Origin: the human T2T-CHM13v2.0 reference genome, Homo sapiens
DNA length: 64,000 nucleotides
Assembly (NCBI RefSeq): GCF_009914755.1
Contig: NC_060935.1
Strand: one strand, 5' to 3'
A program made the position numbers and the translations under genes. Below the pieces are notes generated by a model, which saw only the letters and a list, made by a program, of their open reading frames with translations, was not told the DNA's origin and did no database searches. Positions 13,679 through 37,429 of the stretch are shown piece after piece (position 1 is the first letter of the stretch; every line of letters starts with the position of its first letter).

Positions 13679-14759
13679 CAGATGCAGAGGCACACATCTC
13701 CCTGCAAGTGAGAAACGCTGTGAGGAGTGTAATTTGCTGGCAGCGCCCAGGGGCTGCCCACGTGGGATGGCACTTGGGCCAAGTCTGTACTCTCCCCATG
13801 CTTCCTCTAGGGGACTGAAGGGGTCTTTCTTAGAAAGATCTTGCAGCTAAAACTTGAAGAATGAACAGAACTTACACACACTAAGAGAGATAGCAAAATG
13901 TTCTAGCAAAGGAATTATCCATAAGCCAGACTACAAGCAGAATGTCACTCCTCTCCCTTGGTTACCAAGGAACTGTGCTCCTAGCGGATCCACCTCCTTT
14001 CCACGAATGGTCCTAAATGTGACCTCACCTTGGATCTGAAAATGCTGCTTCTGGTTGATGGGCCCTGTAAATCCTCTGGGTTCTTACCCAGGTAAGTGTT
14101 GGTGTCGTGATCAAAGTCATCTGTCGTCTTCTGGAGGGGTTGGGGAAAAAAAAGTGTTGGACTTTGAACACTGGAGAACCTACGTGGACAGAAAACCTGT
14201 TCCTCTATTTTGGCATAAATATCACTGGGGAATGAACTCAGGTCCCAAAAGAGAACAGTCACTTCCACACATTCTTGTGGCCAGATGACAGTTGTGTTAA
14301 AATTAAGCAACCTGTCCACCAGCACCTGGAGCTAGAATGCTTCCTCTGGTTTATGTGGAAGAGAAACCTATAGCAGCTCGAATAGGGAAAGTCAGAACAC
14401 TGGGAGAGGGCACCAGATCATTGTATGGGTGCGGATAAATCTTGACATAAATTCATAGGCTCTCAGGGATGGCAGGGTTGGGGTCTGTATACAGCATGTT
14501 CACTAAGTGGTATCTGCTTGAACAGCTATAGTTACAGAGAACTCACCACCTTCAAAGGCAACTCAGTCTGCCCTTGATCTTCTCTGACTAATAGAAAGGT
14601 TTGCTTTCTGCTTAGTAGAAATGGATCTCCCTGGTGATCTCATGTTTCATTCTCAGTTTTGGCCATAGTGAACAATTCTACCTTTTATTTTCACCTGACA
14701 GAGCTTCAAGTTGTTGAGTAATATTCAACCAATTATTGCTATACAATAATTGTTATTAT

Positions 14760-14950
14760 ACTTCAAACAGCCCATTCTATGTCAAATACTGTGCTAGACA
14801 TTTAAGATATTATACAGTTTAATCTTTAAAACCACCTGTTGATGCAGGTCCTATTCTCATTTTAGAGTTGATGAAACTGAGGCTGAAAGGCAATAAGTAA
14901 CTTGCTAGTAAGTCATAGAGTTGGGGTCCCATCCAGACTGGTGCAACTTC
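14760..14950 (-). mobile_element. MIR
   Basis: 'cattttagagttgatgaaactgaggctgaaagg...aagtaacttgc'. Confidence 0.7.
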
Positions 14951-15229
14951 AGCCCTCATGTTCTCTACTCTCATGCTTCACATTTACAATCTAAGATGAT
15001 TAAAGAGCTGAGAAAGGGGTGTGGAGGGAAAAGATTGGTGAAAGGAAAACATACATCCTAAGATGTTTCGTATGTTGGAGAGAATGTGATGTTTTAAAAG
15101 AAATGATTGTATTGTTTATAGCTGAACTTGACTTTCTTTAGGTCTAGGATGAAGAAGCTACTGGATTTGGAAGTGGGTGGTACAGGAAGTGGTTCATTGC
15201 CATGTGGGACCTGCGCTCCTGGCCATTCT

Positions 15230-15470
15230 GCAGGTAGCACAATGGTTACAAGTGCAGCCCTGGAGTCAGACTGTGGGGTTTGAATCCTGGCTTTGCTACT
15301 CACTTATTAACCATAAGTCCTTGGGCAGCTTGTTTAATTTTATTTTGCTTCAATTCCCTAATCTTTAAAATGGGAACGTGATAGTACTTCCTGTTGTAAG
15401 CATTAAATGAGATAAAACATTTAAAATGATATCTGGCACATGGTAAGTGTACCATAAATGCCAGCAATTA
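15230..15470 (+). mobile_element. MIR
   Basis: 'ctggagtcagactgtggggtttgaatcctggctttgctact...ttgggcag...aaaatggg'. Confidence 0.8.
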
Positions 15471-15534
15471 TTATTGTTTCTGCCCCAAGTTAGTGGCAAA
15501 GCAAGGTAGGTTTGGAAACTCTAATTCAGTGCTA

Positions 15535-15906
<372 letters not shown>

Positions 15907-15919
15907 TGATATTTTGAAA

Positions 15920-17030
15920 AGCATTTAATTGTGGTTAAAAAACACAGAGAAGTTAGCATCTTAACCAGTTTTAAGGGTACCTTGCTATAGTGTTAAGCAT
16001 GTTCACATTGTTGTGCAATCTCCAGAGCACTTTCCATTTTGCAAAACTGAAATTCCATACCTGTTAAGCAACAACACCGCATTCCCTCCCTCCAGCCCCC
16101 GGCAACAAATATTCTACTTTCTGTCCCTATGGATTTGACTACTCTAGGTAGCTCATATAAGTGGAATCACACAGTACTTGTCTTTTTGTGATCGACTTAT
16201 TTCAGTTAGCATAGTGGCCTCAAGGTTCATCCATGCTGAAGCATAGGTCAGAATTTGCTTCCATTTCAAGGCTAAATCATTTTTGTATGTAGATACTACA
16301 TTTTGTTTAGCCATTCATCCATCTATGGACACTTGGATTGCTTCCAGTTTTGGCTACTGAGAATAATGCTGCCATGAATATGAGTGTATAAGTATCTTCT
16401 TGATACTCTGCTTTTTATTCTTGGGGGTTTATACCCAGAAGTGGAGTTGCTGGGCCATGTGGTAGTTCTATTTTTAATTTCTTGAGGAGCCTCCGTACTG
16501 TTTTCCTTAGTGGCTGCATCATTTCACATTCCCATTAACAGTGCACAAGGGTTTCCATTTCTCTACATTCTCACCAATACTTCTTTTCTGTTGTTTTGTT
16601 TTTCAATAGTAACCATCTTATTGGGTGTGAGATGGTATCTCATTGTAGTTTTGATCTGCATTTCCCTGATGATTAGTGATGTTAAGCATCTTTTCGTGTG
16701 CTTATTGGTAGTTTGAGAACAAAGAAGATATACAAATAACCAATAAGTACATAAAAAAATGGGTTCTTTGTCTATTTTTAAAGTCAGGTTGTTTTGTTTT
16801 TTGGTAGTAAGGGTTTAAATATTCTGAATATTAACCCATTATTAGATACGTGATTTGAAAATATTTTCTCCCATTTTGTGGGTTGTCTTTTCACTATCGA
16901 TTGTGTCTGTTGATGCATAGAACTTAAAATTTTTGATATAGTCCAATTTGTTTTGTTTTGTTGTTGATGTTGCCTGTGCTTCAACTATCATTTCCAAGAA
17001 ATCATCACCAAATTTAATGGCATGAACTGA
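15920..17030 (-). mobile_element. L1MB-type 3' end
   Basis: ORF2 C-terminal remnant ([15 protein letters not shown]) and L1MB-like 3'UTR. Confidence 0.8.
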
Positions 17031-19019
17031 GTCTAGTGTTTTTATCCTCAAATGTGGAGGTAGGTTCCATTGGGCATGAGAAACAACAACTTAAGCTTCA
17101 GAAACCCTTGACAGGTTGCAAAGTGCTTTTACCCACATTGGATTATTTAAACTTCAAAGCAACAATCAGTTCATGAATGATGAAACAGAGACCCAAGGAA
17201 CCTAAGTGAGAGTTACTAAAAAATACCCAGGGGAAAAGCATTGGGCAGAGTTATTGTTTAGGATTATTAATCAATGGTGGACCTGGGCCTGTAGTCCAAT
17301 ATTCAAAGTTGTTTCAATATCATACACGAGTTTTGGGAGCCTCTTAAATCTGCAAATTGAAATCAAGCTGAAAGTATCCAGAAATACAGGCCCCCCTTGC
17401 ACACACACATTCATGGTAGCTTCAGATTATACTCCGGGTAGACTCAAAAAGGTGTTCAACTCCTGGGTCTTCTCCAGAGTCGGCAGTACGTGAAAGTGGG
17501 ATAATGAGCAGCACAGCTGGATTCTTGTCCAAGAGGAGACCCAGAAAGAGCAAGAAACACTTTGGGCACATAGTGTTTAAAGAACTCAGAAGAGATAGAC
17601 TGAATTATGGCCATACACTATGGCAAGGATAGATTGTTCCTAAATATTGATTTACCTCTTGGTGGCTTCCAATCCGCAATGGGCAGTTGTGGATCTCATT
17701 TTGTGACAGCAGATATGTAATCTTGTCAGGCTATTTGGTAGTGGAGCAAATAAACTTAAATAGAAGAGATTTCCCTCTCTGTAAGAGCCTCACAGAAGCC
17801 TACGCGTGATATTTGGGAGGAGGGGGTCTTACAACAGTGTCTTGACAAATGTGCCGATACATGAAATTTGATAGTATGCCTGTCAAGCACACTCTTCACT
17901 TGGGCAGGCTGGCAAACTGTCTTGGGAGTTCAGCTTCTGATGTGTCCCTTTGGGATGGAAAGGGGAGCCATGGCCTATTATCTTAACATAGGGAGCCAGC
18001 TTGTTTGTTTACCATATGATTTGCCTTTCTTCTCAGGTCTCAGTTGCCTGGTAGAGGACCTGAAGGCTTGAAGAGCTGCAAACTGCACATAAACCCTCTT
18101 GCTGTTCACAATTACTCTGCAGGTGCAGGAGGAGAGAGGGTAGCTCATCAGAGCCATCTCCCAGAGCATCCACCTCTGACCCTACCAGAGTGCAAGAAAC
18201 TTGCCATGACATGTTGAAAATGAGCTGGAGTACGATGTCATGTGCCTAGCCACAGAATATGCTCTGGGATAATCCTTCAGGCCTGCCTCTCAGGAGGTTA
18301 ATCTCATGCAGGGTCAGGCTTGGTATATGTAACTCCACCCTGTGTTGCCCCTTGTGGTTGGTAGCATTGCGTTTTGTCATCTTTTGCCTGAAATCCAGCC
18401 ACTGGACAAGCACCAGACAGTATGAATTATTAGAAAAAGCATTGCAGGCATCTTTTTCCCAGGTGACCAAATATGCTCTCTGGATTGCATGATCAAACGT
18501 GCTGTGAGCAGGAAGTCAGGAGTAGGCTAATGATGCTCTCATCTTCTGTCTCCTGAAATGGGGGTTCTTTGATAACCTGTGTTTAAATAGGCTGTGAAAT
18601 TTGGTGTAGACATCTACACTCAGAGATAGTGGGGTATAAGCAAGCATCCTTCCTTCTCTTTGTCTCTCCAACATTTCTGTAAATTCTCTACTCTTCACAC
18701 TTCTTTACATTTATATTCTGCCAACCATCATAGATGTTAGTAACAAAAAGGAATAAAAGGATCAACAAACAAGAGAACACAAGAGACTAGTTATACAAGG
18801 TACGGCAGGATTAAAACTAGGAACTGGTGCAAAAAAGAGAATAGATTAAATAGATGATATTCAAAGCAGAAGCATCTGAACACAAGAGGAGAAAAACAAT
18901 TTTCATAAGAGCAAAGTTTAAAAGTAATTCACTAAAAATAAGATTGTTTGAAAAAACATAACATCAGGAAAATAAAAAGAATATTTATTCATAATAATAG
19001 TTATTATTCCTCATAAGGA

Positions 19020-19290
19020 AAGCTCACCTGAGACTTGGTGTCTAGTTTTTATTGGGGGTGACTCATCGAGGCATGGAGTCATATATTGACCTTAGCTACT
19101 TAGTCACCAGCCCTATACCCCACCCCAGAGGTCAAATTGAATACAGTGAGGCCCAAGGCCCCAGGTGAATGGAATGAAAACAGGTGTATTCCAAAGGCTC
19201 ACAGGTTATTTACAAGAGTTGTTTATCACAGGCCAGTCTTTTCTTAGAAAAATGCAGGATTTGAGCAGCCCAGGCCTGCTGAGTTATGCT
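19020..19290 (-). mobile_element. MER77/MER21-like LTR fragment
   Basis: 'tgcaggatttgagcagcccaggcctgctgagtta'. Confidence 0.5.
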
Positions 19291-20184
19291 TGCTCCCAGG
19301 TGTGTTTAAGATGAAAGTAAAATATATAAAATGAAAAGGCAAAAGTGTAAGGCCACTAAGGTTAAAATCACCCAAAAATGATTGAAAGAAAAAAAGAAAT
19401 TGCAGCCAATTATTAATCAGACTTGAAGTCTGTAAGGCGTTTACTGAGAAATTCCTTAGAGTAAGGTTTCCTGCTGAAGCAACAAGCTGTCTTTCTTCCT
19501 GAAGCAGGGCTTGGCAGAGAGCTGTGAAATACCCTGTGGTTTGCCAGGCTCTTCATCTCATGCTCTGATTATATGTATTTTCCTGCAGGGAGTTCTACAG
19601 GGCAAAATCAGCTATAGCTTCCCCAGCAGCATCTATAGAGTAGGTCCCACCCACTGCACAGTGAGGCTGCTGGGGCACTTACAGCAGGAGAATCTGCAGC
19701 ACTTCTGAACCAAGTCTGCAGAGGGGATGGCTCAACTGGAGAATCAGCCATATATAAGGAGTAGCTGAGCAATTAGAGGGAACTAGACTAAGAAGTAGAT
19801 TGGGATCTTTGTCCTCAACTGGGCAAAGATTGAAAACAGAGTCCAGCCCTTAGATAAAGTATAGATGACAGTGGAAGAGAAGAATGCGAGAGGGTCAGAT
19901 TCTAACCAGGCAAGGAATGTGACTTGAATCCTCATTCCACCTTTGGCCTGACATTTAATCAGGTCATTCATCGGACATTCAGATCCATCTCAATGACATC
20001 TTGTTATCACATAAGGAGGCCGACAAGGAGTAGGGGAGTCTCTCCTGATCACCTTTGTTTAATTTCAGATTGAATATTTTATAAACAAACTGAAACTTAT
20101 GCCTGAAGAATGTGTGTGAAGCATAAAAAGATAGGTTTAGCAGACCAAGGGCAGATATTTAACTTAAGAGTAATTGATGCTTTG

Positions 20185-20606
<422 letters not shown>

Positions 20607-21149
20607 CTACTGGACATTTTGAGTTTTAAGGATAAAACTATTCTCAAAGTATCCAGGCAGATTAGCTACAAAAGGGCAAAAGCATCAGGCGTCTTTGGAT
20701 GTTTCTTCCTCGGCACCATTAGAAGTGAAGGAAGCTATCTGCAACATTTTGAGGGGAAAGTGTTACCAATAAAGGGTCTTGACTGCAAGTTGTCCAGGTT
20801 CTTGGTGTTTTGAACAAAGAATTGGACAAAACACACAGCAAAGTAAGGAAAGAATGAAGCAATGAAAGAACAAAAGCAGGAATTTATTGAAAATGAAAGT
20901 ACTCTCCACAGTGTGGGAAAGGGCCCAAGGAGCAGCTCAAGTGCCCGGGATACAGAATCTTCTTGGGTTCAAATACCCCCTAGAGGTCTCCCATTGGCCA
21001 CTTGGTGCTCACCTCATGTAAATGAAGTGGTGGCCTGGAATCAGGCTAATTGGTTGTGGAAAGCAACCAATCACACATTGAAGTAAAGTTACAAAGATCA
21101 CACTCCTATGCAAACATCTGATTGGTTGCAGAAAGCACTGCAGTATTAC

Positions 21150-30170
<9,021 letters not shown>

Positions 30171-30869
30171 TCTGCTTTTTGCAACCAGTCAGAGGTACTT
30201 TCAATTTCCAATTTGCAGTGCAGAAAATGTGGCGGTTTGCAAAGGGAGTAGCCTCTGGTGCTTTTGTTTCTTAGGTGTGGACAGGTAGGATTTTCCTTTC
30301 AATTTAGCTCTAGGAAGTCAGCGTGAAACGGCCTTAGGTTACCTACCTCCAGACCCTATTCTCCTGCCTCAAAAGGATGCAATATAAAATATTGCTACAA
30401 GCCAAGCTGCTGTTCGTGTGTGATGTCTGCACAAAGACTTTCCTACAGGTGTATACATTCAGGAAGTGTATCACCCATGCACCCTAACTGAAAAATTGAG
30501 TAATGTTATGTTCCAGTGTAATGAGAAGTGAATCAAAATAAAGAAATCAAGAGTTGGTAAACTATTAAGGAGATAAATATTAAAACCAATAAAATAGAGA
30601 ATTAAGCTTAATTTCGTGTTTCAAATATGATAAAATAGAATGAAAGACAAAAAGTAATTATTGACAAAAGTGATACGTAAAAGTAAAATTTCAGGAATAA
30701 TCTGGGTTCAAAAATCTCATACTGCAGTTATTGGAAAAAATGATTGACATTAAATTGGTCTAAACTTTGCTGGGTTTGTTATTTTACATGTGGGAGTGTG
30801 CATAGATACTCTTATTTTCTTTTGTTAATTAGAGAAATACAGCCATAAGCATATTGCTGAAAAATTAGC

Positions 30870-32113
<1,244 letters not shown>

Positions 32114-32305
32114 GTGCTAATTAAATTCAAAACAAAATTTGTGACTTCCAAATTACTTAAAAAACAAAAAAATCTAGTGGCAGGATTGCATTGGGTTTTC
32201 TTCTCTTCACCTCCCGCCATGGCTAAGATTTTTCCTTCCTTAGACTTTCTCTGTATAATTAAACTCTGGTCATCAGTAGCCCACTGAGCCCCTCTTCATC
32301 TAAAG

Positions 32306-32810
32306 CATAACTTTTAAATGCTTTTGTGCAGTGGGCCGCTTGACAGTCTGGGGAGGCCTATTACCCCATTCTCAGGATCACGAGTCATGAATGGGGGAAA
32401 TAAAACACAAGGAATATGAAGGAAACAAAATTATATTGACATATAGTTATCTGAATATCTTAAATTAATTACATCATATCTAGCTGCATCTAGCTGCAAA
32501 GTCTCATATTTAATGAGTTCATTATACAATCATAAATTAAATACTTTCAATATTATAAGAGTAAATGGTAGTTCAGTTATTCTCAGCTATAATCAGATAT
32601 GAAATTTTCTCACTACCATCTTGATGAAGTCAGGGATAATGGAAATCTCTGGTAGTTTGGTACATACATTTATAATTGAAGAAAATCCTAAATTATGGTT
32701 GGAAGTTAATAAAAATAAAGATACGATTTTTCTTCTCTTCAACTTTAGAGAGCCCTTGAATTTAAACGAATGCCCAGGCAGTCTGTGGACACAGATGAAA
32801 TGTCCTTGAT
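32306..32810. mobile_element. hAT-Charlie non-autonomous DNA transposon (MER119-like)
   Basis: 'ttttgtgcagtgggccgcttgacagtctggggaggcctat...aggaaacaaaattatattga'. Confidence 0.55.
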
Positions 32811-33094
32811 CTAAAAAGCTTCATTTCTCTTCAGCGAAAGTTCTCCCCATGAAAACAGGGCTTCTAAAACTGCCTTCCCTCAAAGGCTGTACAAACATGC
32901 ATTCCTGGCAATAACCTAGAGGAGTGCCCATTTCTCCATACTCTCCTTTATAGCAGATGCCCTCAAATGTATTCACACTTTACCAATCTAAAAAGAGAGA
33001 AAAAAAAGGTAATTGCATTGTAGTTTTATTTTGCTTTTTCATAATTTCAAGATTTTCATTCAGCTTTGGTTTCTAATTTCTTTTTAATTACAGA

Positions 33095-33388
<294 letters not shown>

Positions 33389-34002
33389 AGAAAATCTTTA
33401 TATAACATGCATATTATAGAAAGTTCCCACATTCCCTAGGTAACTGTCATATCTGCAAAATATATAAATTGTATAGAAAAATTTAAAAAATTCATGAAAC
33501 TAAAATAATTTTACTTTTCACTGCATTTTGACTAATTCATTTCTTCACTTAATAAATATTGAGTAATTATATACCGGAAACCTTAGTAGGCACAAGATGG
33601 GAATAGTGACCCCAAACTATAATTTTCAGGCACTTTCCCCTCCCCACTTGAGTAATTCAGTATCAAAAACCTCATTATCATTCTCTGTGTGTTTGCAATC
33701 CTTGCAAAGGGAGGGTTGCATGTATGCATGATAAGCACACATTCATGATACACGTGTCCCACGTTCACCTTGGGGTGGAGACTTAACATTTAAATCTATT
33801 ACAATTAGAGATGCCTGTGGAACAAGGAAGTCACCTTTAAGGAATGGACTTGGTTTTTGTTGCAGTGCCCACTTTGAGAACTCTTCCTTGAACAGGTTGG
33901 ACCTCCCACTTGTCATTATCTCATTCACAAGTGTTCTGGCCACAGTGTCCTGAGGTCACAGTTTCCCAGTAGTTGAGTTTTAATAAAAAGCAACACTTAT
34001 TA

Positions 34003-35100
34003 GCTAAGTTAAAATATACCCCAACAGAAGACGAGATGGACTCCCTGTAGCTAAAATGAGATAAACCCAAAAAATTTCATAGCTAGGAGGATGAGGGATC
34101 TGTAACACATCCCGGTGTTATTAATTGCCATAGGTTTTTTTTCCCGGTAATTACGCAGAAACTATCACCTGAAAAGCATTGCCAAAAAACACTACAGTTG
34201 GAAGATTTCCCAGCTGACCCTGACAGAGTGCCGGTTGCCAGCCTACTGAGACAGCCAAGTAAAAAGGGTTCCCCGGCAGGACTTCCGACTGGCCTGCGCA
34301 CTGGGAGGAGTGCGCACTCGGGTGAAGCCTTGAGGAATTTCCTGTTGGTTTGCAGTGAGGAGGAGCCCGGCTTCTCCTGTTCCGGGTGGTAACCCGGTGA
34401 TTCCAGTCTATGAGGTGGGAAGCCCACTGGCAGGACTCTCGCTTTGCTGAGAGTCCCTGTTTCCCCATTTTTCCTTTTCACCCAATAAACCCTGTCCTTC
34501 TCACCCTGCAGAGTGTCCGCAAGCCTAACTTTTCATGGTTGTGCGAGAAGAACCTGGCTTTTAGTCGAACTAAGGAGAAAGTCCTACAACACTACAACAC
34601 TCTTCCCTACCTTGCCTGGCTCCGTCCTCTACCATGCTGTCCTGCCATAACTCAGATTGGACAGAGGACGGGTCTTATAAACATTCCTTATTGATCAATA
34701 GCTGCAGACCTTAAGCCAGTTTCAGTCAGCTTGTGGACATTGTTCAAAAATTGTCTGTATGTCCTGTAGTTTACCTTTTGATGTAAAGGGCCGAATTCCA
34801 CTTCATTTTAATGTTAAATCCTACCAAAATGTGAATATGGGATGTATGTTCCATATATGTTTTCCACTGTGCAATGCCTGACTTCCCTCATGCATATTTG
34901 CATTTTTTCCCCACCCTGCTAGTATGTATGTAAGGCTGAGTGTGCGACCCAGATACCAAATAGCAGCCCTCCTCCGTTCTGCGCAAAGTGCACTTTCCCT
35001 CTCCCCAGGGCAGCGTTTCCTAGATCCGTGGATTGTTTTGCCTTCTGCAAATAAAGTCTCCTCTTTTCCTTCATCCGTGAATTTCACAATCTTTGTGAAT
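34003..35100 (+). mobile_element. MER4-group LTR hosting a nested MER61 LTR
   Basis: MER4-group motifs and AATAAA near 35050; subfamily not resolved. Confidence 0.55.
34247..34591 (+). mobile_element. MER61-type ERV1 solo LTR
   Basis: 'tgagacagccaagtaaaaaggg...aaagtcctacaaca' with perfect 4-bp TSD CTAC (34243-34246, 34592-34595). Confidence 0.85.
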
Positions 35101-35219
35101 AGATACATACTATGCATGAGGCTAAAATCACCTGAAATCTCAACAACTTAAACTCAGAGGCACTCATCATCTTTCAGCGTTCTCAGGGAGGGATCCTGGT
35201 TCTGCAGCCTTGGCTACCT

Positions 35220-35239
35220 CTGCTGCCCTCTGCTGGCGG
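35220..35239 (-). promoter_or_regulatory. CTCF motif (reverse)
   Basis: Reverse complement CCGCCAGCAGAGGGCAGCAG; same 12-nt core as the motif at 13663. Confidence 0.65.
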
Positions 35240-36195
35240 AGCGGAGTCCGCAAAGTCCAGAGCAAGGGACTGCCCTGGGATCTCCAGGCACACTTTGTCC
35301 TGAACGTTGTCAAGGGCTTTCTCCAAAGCCATATAGGTAATACAAATTCAAATCATCCAGCAAACCAGTGCCAGGATACCTATGAGGCTATGGAAGTGTT
35401 ATTCACGCAGGCATACATTCAGGAAATGTCATCTCCATCATTCCAATTTCCTAGACCTTGTTGTCATTCTTGAACTACTTTCTCTCCCTTAGTCCAGGTC
35501 TTCTGAAACTCCTGGACTGGATTAGATGTGCAGGAGATTTATTAGGAGACTGTGAAGCAAAAAGAAAGGGAGGTGGGGGAGGCTGGGACAGCTGTCAGTC
35601 TGCAATCTAAGTCTACTTTAAGTCTCCCTCGTGGAGAGAAAAAAAGAGGAGGTATTAGGCCCACGGGGTTCTTGGGTGAAAATTGCCCCATCAGAAGAGT
35701 CCCCTGTCTTCCTGCTGTGCTGTTACAGGCAGGAGAAGCCCGTGAGAAGCATGAAATCAGAAGTAAGAAGGGTGGATTTCAAAGCCAGCTACTAGGGTCA
35801 CTGGTCAATGATATTACTGACAGAAGGAGGTCTGAGGCGTGAATTTTCGTGGCCTCCACACCGCACATTCAATCAGTCAGCAAATCCTTTTGGCATTACC
35901 TTTAAAGTGTCCTACCACTTCTCAACATTTCCACCATTCCCACTCTGGTCCAACCCTTCACTGTCTCCTTGCTTCCACCTTTGCCTTTCCACAATCTCAT
36001 CTCAATACAGCCCCTCAGTCATGGATGTCTGTCTCTTGCTCAAAGCCCTGCTCAGAAAAATAGCCACAGTCTTCACCATGGCCCACAAGACCCTACACGT
36101 GATTACCCCTTGTATCTTTTTGCCCTTATCTCCCTCAACTCTTCCCTTTCCCACACTGGCCTCCTTACTGCTTGCTCTGTTTTCAACACCCATGA

Positions 36196-36196
<1 letters not shown>

Positions 36197-36242
<46 letters not shown>

Positions 36243-36425
36243 ATCTATCTATTATCTATCTATCTATATCTTCTATTTACCTATCTCTATCTATCTATCA
36301 TCTATCTCCTATCTATCTACCTATCTATCATCTATATCTCTATCTTCTATTTACCTATCTTATCTATCTATCTATCTATCTATCTATCATCTATCATCTA
36401 TCTATCTATCTATCTATCTATCTAT
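36197..36425. repeat. Compound (TCTA)n microsatellite
   Basis: Directly visible. Confidence 0.95.
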
Positions 36426-37111
36426 TCTGTGTTTTTAGACACAGGGTCTCACTCTGTCACCCAGCTGGAGTGCAGTGGAAAGATCACAGCTCACTGCAGC
36501 TTCTGGGCTCAAGTGATCCTCCTGCCTACCTCCCATGTAGCTAGGACTACAGGCAAATGCCACCTCTCCTGACTTCTTTTTTATAACCGGGGGTACATGT
36601 GCAGCTTTGTTACATAGATATATTGTGTATTGCTGAGGTTTGGGCTTCCATCAAACCCATCAACACCTGTAATACACGAGTGAAAGTTGTGTTTGAAAGG
36701 CAAGAAGAGAAGGACCAGCTCAAAATCAACAGATGTACAAGTTGGAACAAATTTCACTCAGGGCTGTTATTTATCAGAGCTAGTTTATGCATAACTTGGC
36801 GGGTTGACCCTTGACTCCATTTTGATTTTTGCTAAGCATTTTTCAAGTAGGAGCACTGCCAGCTGAACTATTAGGCAGTTGAAGAAATAACAAGTACTAC
36901 TGACCCTTGGATGAGGGGAGGGACTCACACAGCAATGGCAAATAATTGCCACAATTTGGAACATACTCTATTCCATTCCCCAGAATACCAGGGGCATGCA
37001 ACAGTCATTTTCTTAAGTATGAATAGGAATTTCCAAACTCAAAGATAAAAAGGAAATCAGGAATCACCAAATATTTTACCAGGAAAGAGGGGAATCAAAT
37101 TCAACCAATGA

Positions 37112-37112
<1 letters not shown>

Positions 37113-37154
<42 letters not shown>

Positions 37155-37200
37155 ATCTATCTATCTATCATCTATCATCTATTATCTATCTATCTTTTAC

Positions 37201-37252
<52 letters not shown>

Positions 37253-37265
37253 ATCTATCTATCTC
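37113..37265. repeat. Compound (TCTA)n microsatellite
   Basis: Directly visible. Confidence 0.95.
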
Positions 37266-37429
37266 TATTCTTTTCTGTTTTTAGACACAGAATCTCATTC
37301 TGTCACCCAGCTGGAGTGCAGTGGAACGATCACAGCTCACTGCAGCTTCTGGGCTCAAGTGATCCTCCTGCCTGCCTCTCAAGTAGCTAGGACTACAGGC
37401 AAATTCCACCACTCCTGACTTTTTAAAAA

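Noticed and set aside
18380-18475. Candidate first coding exon of the GLYAT-like gene (ELLEKALQASFSQVTK versus MLEKSLRKSLPASLK)
   Set aside because: Only a few identities, no start codon and no GT after the terminal Lys codon; may be chance.
19570-19645. Second candidate first exon (FLQGVLQGKISYSFPSSIYRV)
   Set aside because: Needs several gaps to align and cannot be distinguished from chance without an ortholog alignment.
34247-34591. p53 response element, reported for some MER61 LTRs
   Set aside because: No paired RRRCWWGYYY half-sites recognisable in this copy.
35808-36572. Longest ORF (254 aa) and overlapping 191-aa ORF
   Set aside because: Open only because of the (TCTA)n tract (YLSI repeats) plus Alu sequence.
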